64,000 nt of DNA from an uncultured delta proteobacterium (GTDB lineage: Bacteria > Desulfobacterota > Syntrophia > Syntrophales > Smithellaceae), in assembly GCA_963753975.1 (NCBI GenBank), contig CAVWEH010000004.1, positions 256,001 to 320,000 of the forward strand. The letters run 5' to 3'. Below are positions 19,238 to 28,662 of this stretch, one piece after another (position 1 is the first letter of the stretch; each line of letters starts with the position of its first letter). Under the pieces are notes generated by a model. The model was not told the origin of the DNA. It saw only the letters and a list, made by a program, of their open reading frames with translations, and ran no database searches. A program made the position numbers and the translations under genes.

Positions 19238-19975
19238 TCAGCTGAAGTAAACACCGCCGTCGACATTAATCGTCTGACCGGTCATGTAACCGTTCCCGAC
19301 AAGCATGACGGCGATAGCGGCCACTTCCTCCACCGTGCCCAGCCTGCCTACCGGAATTAGGCTGCCCAGGGAGCGTGCGGACTCGTTAATCATATCCGTG
19401 ATGATCAGCGCCGGAGCGATAGCATTTACGGTGATGCCTTCCTTAATCAGCAATGCGGCGAAGGAATGTGTTAAGCCCAGCATTCCCGCTTTGGAAGCGG
19501 CATAATGCGGCCCAACAATGCCGCCCGTATGTGCCGCCGCCGAAGAAATGTTGATAATTCTGCCCCACTTCTGCGCGCGCATCTGCGGGAGCGCCGCCTG
19601 CGTTACCAGAAAGCAGGATTTAAGATTCACGGCAATGGTCTTATCCCAGAGCGCCTCGTCAATTTCATTCAGAGGGGTGATCGGGGCTATCCCCGCGTTA
19701 TTGACCAGAATGGATATCGCCCCAAGTTGATCTTCCACGGTTTTGATCATTGCGGCAACAGCCTGCGAGTTGCTGACATCGGCTTGCACGGCAAGAGCCC
19801 GCCGGCCTTGTTCCTCAATTATCCGGCAGACCGCCCGGGCTTCTTTTTCCCGCGATACGTAATTAATTGCTATATCGGTTCCCGCTTTGGCGAGTCCTAT
19901 GGCGATAGCTCTGCCGATACCGCGACTTCCGCCGGTTACCAGAGCGATACGTCCTTTTACTTCATCAATCGGCAT
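19238..19975 (-). CDS. SDR-family oxidoreductase (FabG-like)
   Basis: TGGSRGIG, NNAG, YAASK. Confidence 0.93.
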   Translation of the reverse strand: MPIDEVKGRIALVTGGSRGIGRAIAIGLAKAGTDIAINYVSREKEARAVCRIIEEQGRRALAVQADVSNSQAVAAMIKTVEDQLGAISILVNNAGIAPITPLNEIDEALWDKTIAVNLKSCFLVTQAALPQMRAQKWGRIINISSAAAHTGGIVGPHYAASKAGMLGLTHSFAALLIKEGITVNAIAPALIITDMINESARSLGSLIPVGRLGTVEEVAAIAVMLVGNGYMTGQTINVDGGVYFS

Positions 19976-20057
19976 ATATAATTATCCTTCATTGTAATTT
20001 GGGTAATTAGGGGGACATAATACTCAATTTATCTGATTGTCCCCAGAACTCCGACGC

Positions 20058-20465
20058 TTATCTTCTCTTCATCAGTTCAAAAATGGCGCCTCCCGGCCCT
20101 CCGGCATCGAGGTAGGCGAATTTTCCCGGATCATGGATCAGGAGCCTTGCTCCATCTTTCGTCAGTTTGGCCACTTCCGCATCTACATCGTCAACAAAGA
20201 ATCCGAGGTGATGAACGCCTTCTCCCCATTTGTCCAAAAACCTGGATTGGAAAATTCTTCCCTCGACACACTGCACGAGCTCGATCTCCAGGGGCCCCAC
20301 GTAAGCAAAGGCCATGCGGATTTTCCAGGAGCGCCCCTTTATATCCGTGCCGCCGTTTTCTCTGTACGTCCAGGGAGCAATGCCATAGAGTCTCGACCAC
20401 GCCTCGACCGTCTTGTCGATATCGGTTACCGCGTAGCTGATATGATCAATCGATTTCACCTTCAT
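20058..20465 (-). CDS. VOC-family protein (methylmalonyl-CoA epimerase/glyoxalase-like)
   Basis: IDHISYAV, IELVQ, GEGVHHLGFFVDD, FEL. Confidence 0.88.
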   Translation of the reverse strand: MKVKSIDHISYAVTDIDKTVEAWSRLYGIAPWTYRENGGTDIKGRSWKIRMAFAYVGPLEIELVQCVEGRIFQSRFLDKWGEGVHHLGFFVDDVDAEVAKLTKDGARLLIHDPGKFAYLDAGGPGGAIFELMKRR

Positions 20466-20500
20466 TTTTCAACTTTCCTTTTTCGATATTTTTCGTCCAT

Positions 20501-20662
20501 TTAAACGGTTTTCGGCCATAAAGCCCAGATCAATAAGGCGATAAACACTATCGCGCATGCACCTATTACAATTATCGTTTTCAATTTCTTTGACATGCGC
20601 TTCTTTCTTGGTTTTGCTTTTGCTTTTACTTTTGCGTTTGCTCTGACTTTTTTCTTTGCCAT
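20501..20662 (-). CDS. Small (53 aa) basic single-TM protein, not in ORF track
   Basis: MAKKKVRANAKVKAKAKPRKKRMSKKLKTIIVIGACAIVFIALLIWALWPKTV*; AAGGA RBS. Confidence 0.6.
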   Translation of the reverse strand: MAKKKVRANAKVKAKAKPRKKRMSKKLKTIIVIGACAIVFIALLIWALWPKTV

Positions 20663-20713
20663 GTGTTCCATCCTTTCGTTACATCCAATTAAGCGATATT
20701 CGGCTCCGGAACC

Positions 20714-20780
20714 TCAAGCCTCGTGAGCTTCCTTTCCATAAACTCTTTCATACGCCGCGCAGTAAGGGCAGAAGCCATTC
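20714..20780 (-). pseudogene. 3' remnant paralogous to the small Cys-rich gene at 26007-26198
   Basis: NGFCPYCAAYERVYGKEAHEA* versus NGLCPYCAAYERVYGKKAHEA*. Confidence 0.8.
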
Positions 20781-20835
20781 CAATGAGAGGGACAGCGGCT
20801 TCTTATAAAATGTTTTTTGGTGAAACTTGATGAAT

Positions 20836-21384
20836 CACGGGCCCAGCCAAAGCCCTCCGATAGCGCAGGATCGTTCCCAATCCCGATCTATCGGGATTGG
20901 ATAATTCGACTTACAAATTTCACTACACTGTGCTTGTGAAATTTGAGTCTCATTACAGCTAGTAAATTCCGATGCACCTATAGTGACCTTTAGGTTATTT
21001 GCTTTCGTAATTGGAGTTTCACTATACTACAACTTCCAATAAGTAATGCAAGGAAAATCACGGGTATGAACCACAAAATAAGGTTTTGCCAACCATATTT
21101 CTAAAAGGTGTCATTAATCCCCATACGCTACGCTTCGGGGATAGTTCGGCTAACAAATTTCACTACACTGTGCTTGTGAAATTTGAGTCTCATTACAACT
21201 TTCAGTGCGCTACGCTTGCTTTTATTAAGGTGCTCATTATCCCCATCCACTGCGTTTCGGGGATAGTTCGGCTAACAACTTTCAGTGCGCTATGCTTCTG
21301 AAAGTTGAGCCTCACTACAACTAGCCAATTCCGATTCACCTATAGTGACCTTTAGGTTATCCGTTTTCGTAATTGGAGTTTCAC
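20836..21384. repeat. Large cluster of modular hairpin repeats
   Basis: Two identical caaatttcactacactgtgcttgtgaaatttgagtctcatta units, two atcccc...ggggatagttcggctaacaa units, two aattccgat...gtgacctttaggttat...aattggagtttcac units. Confidence 0.85.
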
Positions 21385-21386
21385 TA

Positions 21387-21453
21387 ATTTTCGGCAAAAT
21401 AGTGCCGGTCTTTCCCCGAATTAGATAATCGGATATGCCCTCCTGCGTTAGCG
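21387..21453 (-). pseudogene. Fragment of a second sirtuin C-terminus
   Basis: LTQEGISDYLIRGKTGTILPKI, nearly identical to 22800-22866. Confidence 0.8.
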
Positions 21454-21744
21454 TGACAAACAAGATCAAGTCTCTAGAGCTTTGTGCAAATTCCAGCGGA
21501 AGGTCCTGAACTGGGCGGTTACGGTATGGGCGATCAAACGAATTATTCTTTCATCGCGGGATCTATTGGAGATGACTTCTGTGATGCTGTTCGAAATTTA
21601 GTTTGTGTCGAACAAGGGAATTAAGAAAGGAAAGTAAGAAGGGGGAAATACAATGAACGGCATCATATTATTTTAAATGAAAATCGGGGACGATTTGCAC
21701 CTCCCCCAGTATTTAAAAATGCGGCTGAAACGGCCAACCGGAAA

Positions 21745-22434
21745 TTATTTTAGAGGCAGGTGCGAGTTTAACATTTTCATCGTTTTTTGCCAGGAATCAT
21801 CATCGTAAGGTTTGTTATAAAGTCCGAGGGAATCTGTGTTGAATGCATGTCCGGCTTTTGGATAAATAATCAAATTAAAATCTTTGCCTTTTGTTTTTGC
21901 CGCAGCGGCGATTTGTTTAATATCTTCGACCAGGCAGCAATTGGCGAATACATCATCTTCGCCCTGAAAAACGAGTACGGGAACCTTGAATCGGTCGGAA
22001 TAACTTTTTAAATCGTGAATCCATGTTGTCGCAGGATAGTAGGCAATAACGGCCGATACGGTGTCCGGCATGCCGGATGCCGCGCCGAGCGCTATCCAGC
22101 CGCCCAGGGAATAGCCGATAACGACAACCTTTCGGGAGCTGGAATGGGAAGATTGCAGCGTCTCGCGGATAATTTTTGATAATTGTAATTTGCACGAATC
22201 CAGATCTTTCCAGTCAAGATCATTGGAATCAAACAGCAGCGCGTAATAGCCTGCTTCTCTGAGTCTGTCTGCGAATTGGGTATAAGCAGCCGAACCGTCA
22301 ATGCCGGATAAAAGGATTACGGCCGGTCCCTTGCCTGCTTTCGGCTGGTAATCCATGGGAGCGATGGCGCGGTTGCAGGAAGATAATACTAAAAACTGGG
22401 ACGCCAATAATATTGAGAAAATAATTTTCTTCAT
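21745..22434 (-). CDS. Dienelactone hydrolase family lipoprotein
   Basis: Lipobox LSSC, GYSLGG, FQGEDD, YPKAGHAF; true start MKKIIF at 22434. Confidence 0.85.
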   Translation of the reverse strand: MKKIIFSILLASQFLVLSSCNRAIAPMDYQPKAGKGPAVILLSGIDGSAAYTQFADRLREAGYYALLFDSNDLDWKDLDSCKLQLSKIIRETLQSSHSSSRKVVVIGYSLGGWIALGAASGMPDTVSAVIAYYPATTWIHDLKSYSDRFKVPVLVFQGEDDVFANCCLVEDIKQIAAAAKTKGKDFNLIIYPKAGHAFNTDSLGLYNKPYDDDSWQKTMKMLNSHLPLK

Positions 22435-22487
22435 GCCTTTCTTCCTTTGGTATTGTAAGACTGAACTGATATTTGTAATTGATGCAG

Positions 22488-22754
22488 ACTGCGCTTTAAG
22501 CCGCTTTTCATTGATGGTGTAACCGTCCACCAAGTGCTTGCGCAAAACATTGGTTGCCCAAATACGGAATTGTGTTCCCCGAATATATTACGTAAATGTC
22601 GAGAAATAACAGAGTTGTCCTTTTCAAATAGTTTTGCCAATTGATTCAGACTCAACCACACGGTGTCGCGCATCAATTTGACTTCCAGATTGTTTTGATA
22701 AAGAACAATCTGCCCGCCTGAAATATCTTCTATGTGTTTTCCTCTTTGTAGCAC
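22488..22754 (-). pseudogene. RhuM/virulence-protein-like remnant with internal deletion
   Basis: QIVLYQ...TVWLSLNQLAKLFEKDNSVISRHLRNIF, then WATNVLRKHLVDGYTINEKRL in another frame. Confidence 0.7.
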
Positions 22755-22768
22755 AGTAATAGCCTCGT

Positions 22769-23570
22769 CTAATCGGTTTTCTTCTTAACCTCCGCCACGA
22801 TTTTCGGCAAAATAGTGCCGGTCTTTCCCTGGATCAGATAATCGGATATGCCCTCTTCTGTCAGCGGAGTGCGATCAGCATTGATTTCAACGATAATTGT
22901 TTTTTGTTTAGATTGATACTGTTTGGCCATCCTGGGCAGCATGGCAAAAGGATGAACTACCGCCGACGTCCCGCAAATCAGCATCAGATCACATTTTCCC
23001 ACCTCTGCCTGGCTTTCCTGGGCGACGTCTGCGGGAATGGCCTCATTAAAATGGACGACATCCGACTTCAGAACGCCATTGCATTTTCGGCATAAAGGCG
23101 GCAAGCGATCTTCCGCCAATAACCGATCCAGCTCGAATTCCGTCGGGATCAAACCGGGAATCGCATTCAAAACATCTGAGCAATGAAATATTTCCGTGAT
23201 AATCCAGAACTCTCTTGCTGCCCGCTTTCTGGTGCAGGTTATCAATATTCTGGGTGACTACACATTTCAGAAGTGCCATCTTCTCCAATTCGGCCAGGGC
23301 AAAATGCCCGGGATTAGGGAGGGCATTAATCAAATCTCCCATCCATGATGTGCCGGTCATTCGCTCTATCCAGTATTCTTTGGGGTTTTGTTGAAACTTG
23401 AAATAACTCTGATAGGCCTTTCTTTCGGCAGCGGGATTTTTCGTCCAGATCCCGTTTGGTCCCCGAAAATCAGGGATTCCCGATTCGGTGGACATGCCTG
23501 CTCCGGTCAACCCGACGGCATGTTTGCTTTTGATTAACAGCTCGGCTGCTTTGGAAATTAATTCTTCCAT
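22769..23570 (-). pseudogene. Sir2/CobB NAD-dependent deacylase, frameshifted near 23146
   Basis: GAGMSTESGIPDFRG, TQNIDNLH, HG, CxxC; continues as PTEFEL...CRKC...GTSAVVHP after removing one base. Confidence 0.85.
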
Positions 23571-23646
23571 ATCAATTTCATGAGTTATTCCGGGGACACC
23601 ATGCCAATTGTCCTCATCATTTGTTATTTCTATTGCTTCTTTCTAA

Positions 23647-24081
23647 TTAATATTTCCCTGCAATATAATTACTCAATTGATTGATGAGAAAATCTTTATT
23701 GGAAATAATTAATTTTACAACGTCGCCAATGGAAATGATACCGACAAAATTATTTTTTTCAAAAACAGGCAAATGCCGTACATGCTTTCCTGTCATCAGA
23801 ACCATCGCTTCTTCCACGCTGGTATCCGGGGTAACGGAAAATAATTTAGAAGACATGACTTCTTTTACTAAGGTTTCTTTAGAGGTTTTCCCCTGGAGGA
23901 TAATTTTTCTCGCATAATCTCTTTCCGAAATGATGCCCACGACTTTATTGCCCTCCATCACCACCAGCGCACCAATCTCCTCCTTGCTCATCTTCTCCAG
24001 GGCTTCATACACCGTTGCCTTAGGAGAGATGGACTGAATCTTACTATCTTTCGCCTTGAGAATATCCCTGACATAAATCAT
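23647..24081 (-). CDS. CBS domain protein
   Basis: GIISERDYARK, HVRHLPV, GIISIGDVVK. Confidence 0.93.
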   Translation of the reverse strand: MIYVRDILKAKDSKIQSISPKATVYEALEKMSKEEIGALVVMEGNKVVGIISERDYARKIILQGKTSKETLVKEVMSSKLFSVTPDTSVEEAMVLMTGKHVRHLPVFEKNNFVGIISIGDVVKLIISNKDFLINQLSNYIAGKY

Positions 24082-24243
24082 AGTTGCCTCCTCTTTATCG
24101 TTTATCTATAGTTTAATGTATGTATCGTTCTATTTGGACACTTCTATTACCTACCAGCCCTTATTAAAATCCGCCCCCAATATTTATTTAATCTTTTGCA
24201 GCATTTACCCCATCATTCGATGAACCAGGCTCAGATTCAATGA

Positions 24244-24927
24244 TTAAAAAGTATAACGGAAAGCGGCCATCACTTCATGTGCGGTCAAAGAGCCTGTGTA
24301 GTTTCCAGCAGGAATACCTGTTCCCATAACTCTTAAAGGAACATTAAATCTACCCATATCGATATAACGGTAACCGACTCTCACGCCGAAATTATTTGTA
24401 AACGCGTAATATACGCCCGTCTCAGCCTGCCAGGTAAAATTCGAGTCACTGCTGTCGGTCATTACGACGGTATCATTTGTTTTAACTTTCATCCATGTAT
24501 TGCCGACACCCGCCCCCAGATAGGGCGTTAAGTTTTTAAAATGAAATGGCTCTGCAAAGACAGAAAACATCAGCGAATAAACATCGCTTACTTCAGTCGT
24601 GAAAAAGAATGTCGGTACAGGCGGCTGAAAACTATTCGTCGTGAAATCGAGTTTACCCCTGTAATTGTAAGACACATCCGCCCTCAGGAAGTCGAAAAAC
24701 ACCGCTCCGCAACGCAGACCCGGCACTACTTGCGCAGTTCTATCGTCACCGGTATTTTCATCAGACCCCGCAGTATTGAAACCACCCGACCTTAATTTAA
24801 TAAAAGAGCTGCCTACTTCACCTTCCAGATATAATTTAACATTGTCCGCGGCAAAAATCGGTGAAGAGCAAAAAACAACAATCGCCAAACATAATAACCA
24901 TAGACCGGCAAAACTCAATTTTTTCAT
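24244..24927 (-). CDS. Outer-membrane beta-barrel (opacity/porin-like) protein
   Basis: Signal peptide, PYLGAGVG, GYRYIDMG, C-terminal RYTF. Confidence 0.85.
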   Translation of the reverse strand: MKKLSFAGLWLLCLAIVVFCSSPIFAADNVKLYLEGEVGSSFIKLRSGGFNTAGSDENTGDDRTAQVVPGLRCGAVFFDFLRADVSYNYRGKLDFTTNSFQPPVPTFFFTTEVSDVYSLMFSVFAEPFHFKNLTPYLGAGVGNTWMKVKTNDTVVMTDSSDSNFTWQAETGVYYAFTNNFGVRVGYRYIDMGRFNVPLRVMGTGIPAGNYTGSLTAHEVMAAFRYTF

Positions 24928-24959
24928 TCTCTTTCCTCCTAACAGCGCTTGTAATATCT

Positions 24960-25188
24960 GAGTTTCATTAGAATTGGAGTTTCACAAAAACCATGTGCTT
25001 AAATATACCCGCAATTTTCTTTATTGTGAAGCTCTAATTTCGCAAGCGCAGCGCATCGGAATTGGCTAGCTGTAATGAGACTCAAATTTCACAAGCACAG
25101 TGTAGTGAAATTTGTAAGTCGAATTATCCAATCCCGATAGATCGGGATTGGAACGATCCTGTGCTATCGGAGGGCAATCTGCCCGTGG
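24960..25188. repeat. Hairpin repeat cluster; 25026-25188 appears inserted into a promoter-like sequence
   Basis: 25053-25187 is a near-identical inverted copy of 20836-20975. Confidence 0.85.
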
Positions 25189-25315
25189 TTTCAATTCTTT
25201 TTTTGTACAGATTATTTCGCTTCGGTTTTCTCCTAAGCAACCAAATAAAAGTTTCGTTTCCGAAACCTTTATGATAAAAAGCGCCGAATCACATAACACT
25301 ATAAAGAGGCAATAA

Positions 25316-25918
25316 ATGAGAAGAGAAAAAATAGCTTTTTTCGTCTTTATATTTATTTTACTTGCTTTTACCAGTAGTGGTCACGCAACTGAACCCTATG
25401 TGAAATTATTCAGGTCGGATTATCAAACGCGTCTCGACCCGGCGAAATACCCCGAATTCAAAAACCGAACAATCAGTTTCTATTCCATCGGAATAGAAGA
25501 TCGAAATCTTAATAACTTCTTTTTTTATAGCTCGGACGATAAAATCGGATATGAGTTATATTATTCTCATTATAAAGCTATGCAGCCGGTTTCGTCTTTT
25601 TTCTGGTATGCTCTGGAAAAAACGTTCGGCACATTGGGACTGGTTGTTACCCCGGATGGACCTATCGAAAATGTGCCGGTGCTTGTCCTGACATTTACCT
25701 TTCTTAACGATCAGGAAGCAAAATTTCGGATAAGGCTTACGAGAAACGAAAAATTGCTTTTGGAAAAGACTATATCTGTCGCCCAAAAATTGCCGCCGAC
25801 AAATGACACCGAGGAATTAGAAAAGAGGGGTTACGCTCTTATAGATCTTATAGCCGGGGCTATTTTGAATGATCCTGATTTCAAAAGAGAATTTTTTTCG
25901 ACTAAAGGGAAAATTTAG
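25316..25918 (+). CDS. Hypothetical secreted protein
   Basis: GAGG RBS, signal peptide, 200 aa. Confidence 0.75.
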   Translation: MRREKIAFFVFIFILLAFTSSGHATEPYVKLFRSDYQTRLDPAKYPEFKNRTISFYSIGIEDRNLNNFFFYSSDDKIGYELYYSHYKAMQPVSSFFWYALEKTFGTLGLVVTPDGPIENVPVLVLTFTFLNDQEAKFRIRLTRNEKLLLEKTISVAQKLPPTNDTEELEKRGYALIDLIAGAILNDPDFKREFFSTKGKI

Positions 25919-26006
25919 TCTCCGGGAATTCCGAGAGCACAAGGTGTAAAAGGAAAGATAAGTGCAGGGCGTATGGGGTCGGGATTGAAATATCAGTTTT
26001 CCCCGA

Positions 26007-26198
26007 TCAAGCCTCATGGGCTTTTTTTCCGTAAACTCTTTCATATGCCGCGCAGTATGGACACAGGCCATTCTCGATATTCTTGACAAACCAATAAGCG
26101 ATACCACGCTGTTTCGACCTCGCGTGCGCGCATACCGGACACGTGACGCAGCGTTGAGCCATTTGTTTATCTTTTTTGGTAGCAGAAGTTGTGCTCAT
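26007..26198 (-). CDS. Small Cys-rich conserved hypothetical protein
   Basis: CVTCPVC...CPYC; AGGAG RBS; directly downstream of the oxidoreductase. Confidence 0.75.
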   Translation of the reverse strand: MSTTSATKKDKQMAQRCVTCPVCAHARSKQRGIAYWFVKNIENGLCPYCAAYERVYGKKAHEA

Positions 26199-26217
26199 AT
26201 AATGTCTCCTATTGAAA

Positions 26218-28491
26218 TTATATCACCGTAGCGATCTGATATGCCGCTCTTACCGCTTCCAATATCCTTCCGCAGGCAAACGAATCGCCGATATTATACA
26301 ATTCGGGAGCAATATTAGCCGACAAACACGCATAATACAGTTCGTCGCCCGGACGTGCTCCAGCCGATATGACAACAAGGTCAGCCTTCAGTGTCCGAAC
26401 CTCAAATGATTCCTTAATCTTTTTGGCAAAGGGATTTTCGATATTTTCCGGAAGGAGCGGCGTCCAGGTGTTATACGGATCGGGCACCGTTTTCGATACG
26501 TTTTGTTCGACAAGAACTTCCTTGTCCCTGACTTCCTTCAGCAGTGAACAGTTCAATAATTCCACGCCCATTTTTTCCAGGTAATGAATAAGGAAGCCCC
26601 GATTCGCGGTACAAACCCCTTTCATTATTTCCGGGAGCATTTCGACTATCTTAACGTTCTTCTTTTTTTCATGGACAAGGAAATAAGCGGTTTCACAACC
26701 CACGGAGCCTGCCCCGACAATAACGATATCCCGCGCGCTTTCGGCAACAGAAGGATCGCGAAGCAGGTCAACCGCCAGAACAACATGCGAAGAATCAATA
26801 CCCTTGACGGGAGGGCGCTTTTGGACAGTGCCTGTAGCGCAGATAATCGCGTCGTAATGCCCCGCGCGCAGCGAATCTGGATTTACTTCACGTCCATATT
26901 CGGCCTTGAGGCCGTGTTTTTCGATTGCTGCGGTAAGTATCGTTTTCAAATACGTCCGGTAATTGAGAATATCAAACTTGATTGCCGGACGTGAACCCGG
27001 AATCAGCATGCCGCCGATTTCATCTCTTTTTTCAAAAAGCGTCACCTGATGCCCGCGGCAGGCGGCAATAATCGCGGCGTTTGCTCCGGCGGGGCCGCCG
27101 CCGACAACAGCAATGGATTTAATTTTTTTAGCGGGAAACAATTCGCTTCCGTTATAAATATCTTCATGGCCGGTACGGGGATTCACTGTGCACTGGGGAT
27201 GACCACCATCGACAAATTCATTGATGCACCCTTCCTGATCGCCGATGCAGGGGCAAATCTTGTCAACATTTCCGGCATAGACTTTGTTGGGCCATTGAGG
27301 ATCGGCAAGCAGAGGCCGCGCCAGCATGATCATATCGCATTTTTTATCGCGCAGAGCCTGTTCCGCAAGATCGGGATAACCAAGTTTGCCTACCGCCACA
27401 ACCGGTACGTCCATCCCCGCGTTGGAACGTATTTTGTTTTCCGCAAAATAATCTTTGACGATTTTTGCTATTTCCAAATAGCAGCCGGGGGCCATGAATC
27501 CGGGAGGATGAGGCAGCCACCAGTTGTCATAACAGCCGAGATCGACATCGAACATATCAACGCCCGCCCTAACAAGCGCCGCCATGTAGTTCAGCGTCTG
27601 CTCGGTTGTCCGCTCGTTTTTGAATTTGCGCAAAGATTTAACCGCGGACATTCTTTCTCCGTAAGTATCGTTGAGCGCCAACGAAAGATCAATCCGATAC
27701 ATGATGGGATAAGATTTGCCGACACGGCGACGTATTTCGCCTACCAGCTCGACACCGAATCTCTGCCAATCGGCAAAAGCGCCGAACGAGCGCCGGTTGA
27801 AAGCGGGATTGGTCATCTGCTCCAGAAGATACCCTTCATGCCCGTGCAGATAGACGCCGTCGATCAATGCCGCTTTGGCATCTGCCGAAGCCTGCCCGGC
27901 GTTTTTAATGATCTTCCGTGCCATTCGTCCGGAAAGAGGCCGGCATGGAATCGAAGGCAAATAGAAATTGGGGTTCCATGATGCCGATACGGGAAGCTTG
28001 AATTTTTTCACCAGACATTCCGGAGACCCGACCCGACCCAGCCCGGGGGTAAGCTGAATAAAGAATTTTGCGCCATAACCATGACAGCGCTCGGCAATAT
28101 CCCGCCAACCGGAGAAACGCGTCCGCGATGCATCGATACGCGGGAAGTAGGAAAGGCCGCCCGGTTCCGTAACGGTGGGATCTATGCCCTGGCTGATTGG
28201 TATCAACCCGGAAGTAATAAGTCCGACGCCGCCTTTTGCCCTTTCAGTAAAGTATTGTATCATCTTGGTATTGGGACGGCCTGTTTCTTCCGCCATGTTG
28301 ATATTACCCATCGGCCCCATCACCAGACGATTTTTAATTTTCACGCCGTTGACCTGCAGAGGAGAAAAGAGAGATGTATAAGGGTAAAGTTTGGAGCTTA
28401 TTATACCTTCATCAAGACGCGCCTTATCCTCATACCAGGTGCCTACCTTTTCTACGACTGCTTTCATGCGTTCGTGATATTTATTTGCCAT
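26218..28491 (-). CDS. NADH:flavin oxidoreductase (OYE + FAD/NAD domains, enoate reductase-like)
   Basis: IKNRLVMGPMG, YLHGHEGYLL, LARPLLADP, CIGDQEGC...CTVNP, two Rossmann GxG motifs. Confidence 0.9.
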   Translation of the reverse strand: MANKYHERMKAVVEKVGTWYEDKARLDEGIISSKLYPYTSLFSPLQVNGVKIKNRLVMGPMGNINMAEETGRPNTKMIQYFTERAKGGVGLITSGLIPISQGIDPTVTEPGGLSYFPRIDASRTRFSGWRDIAERCHGYGAKFFIQLTPGLGRVGSPECLVKKFKLPVSASWNPNFYLPSIPCRPLSGRMARKIIKNAGQASADAKAALIDGVYLHGHEGYLLEQMTNPAFNRRSFGAFADWQRFGVELVGEIRRRVGKSYPIMYRIDLSLALNDTYGERMSAVKSLRKFKNERTTEQTLNYMAALVRAGVDMFDVDLGCYDNWWLPHPPGFMAPGCYLEIAKIVKDYFAENKIRSNAGMDVPVVAVGKLGYPDLAEQALRDKKCDMIMLARPLLADPQWPNKVYAGNVDKICPCIGDQEGCINEFVDGGHPQCTVNPRTGHEDIYNGSELFPAKKIKSIAVVGGGPAGANAAIIAACRGHQVTLFEKRDEIGGMLIPGSRPAIKFDILNYRTYLKTILTAAIEKHGLKAEYGREVNPDSLRAGHYDAIICATGTVQKRPPVKGIDSSHVVLAVDLLRDPSVAESARDIVIVGAGSVGCETAYFLVHEKKKNVKIVEMLPEIMKGVCTANRGFLIHYLEKMGVELLNCSLLKEVRDKEVLVEQNVSKTVPDPYNTWTPLLPENIENPFAKKIKESFEVRTLKADLVVISAGARPGDELYYACLSANIAPELYNIGDSFACGRILEAVRAAYQIATVI

Positions 28492-28662
28492 AATTAGCCT
28501 CGCGTAATATTATTAATCTAACCGATGGACTAAGTTTAATTAATGGGGCACAACGCCACCTTTTAAAAAACACATATACTCGCAATTTATTCTTGCTTCA
28601 ATTCTTTTTTAAAAAAGGCTTTGTGCTGGAGATAGAATAACGTATCAGACAGAGAATTGGCA

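Noticed and set aside
21480..21625. Possible gene remnant ending ...DFCDAVRNLVCVEQGN*
   Set aside because: Too short, has no start, and the family assignment cannot be supported
22435..22545. N-terminal extension of the dienelactone hydrolase
   Set aside because: Belongs to the RhuM-like remnant; the lipoprotein signal starts at 22434
22769..23570. Sirtuin as the SIR2 partner of the HerA (SIR2-HerA defence)
   Set aside because: It is a CobB-like zinc-binding deacylase, 3.7 kb from the operon and separated by unrelated genes
27049..27981. 310-aa plus-strand ORF
   Set aside because: Antisense shadow of the flavin oxidoreductase
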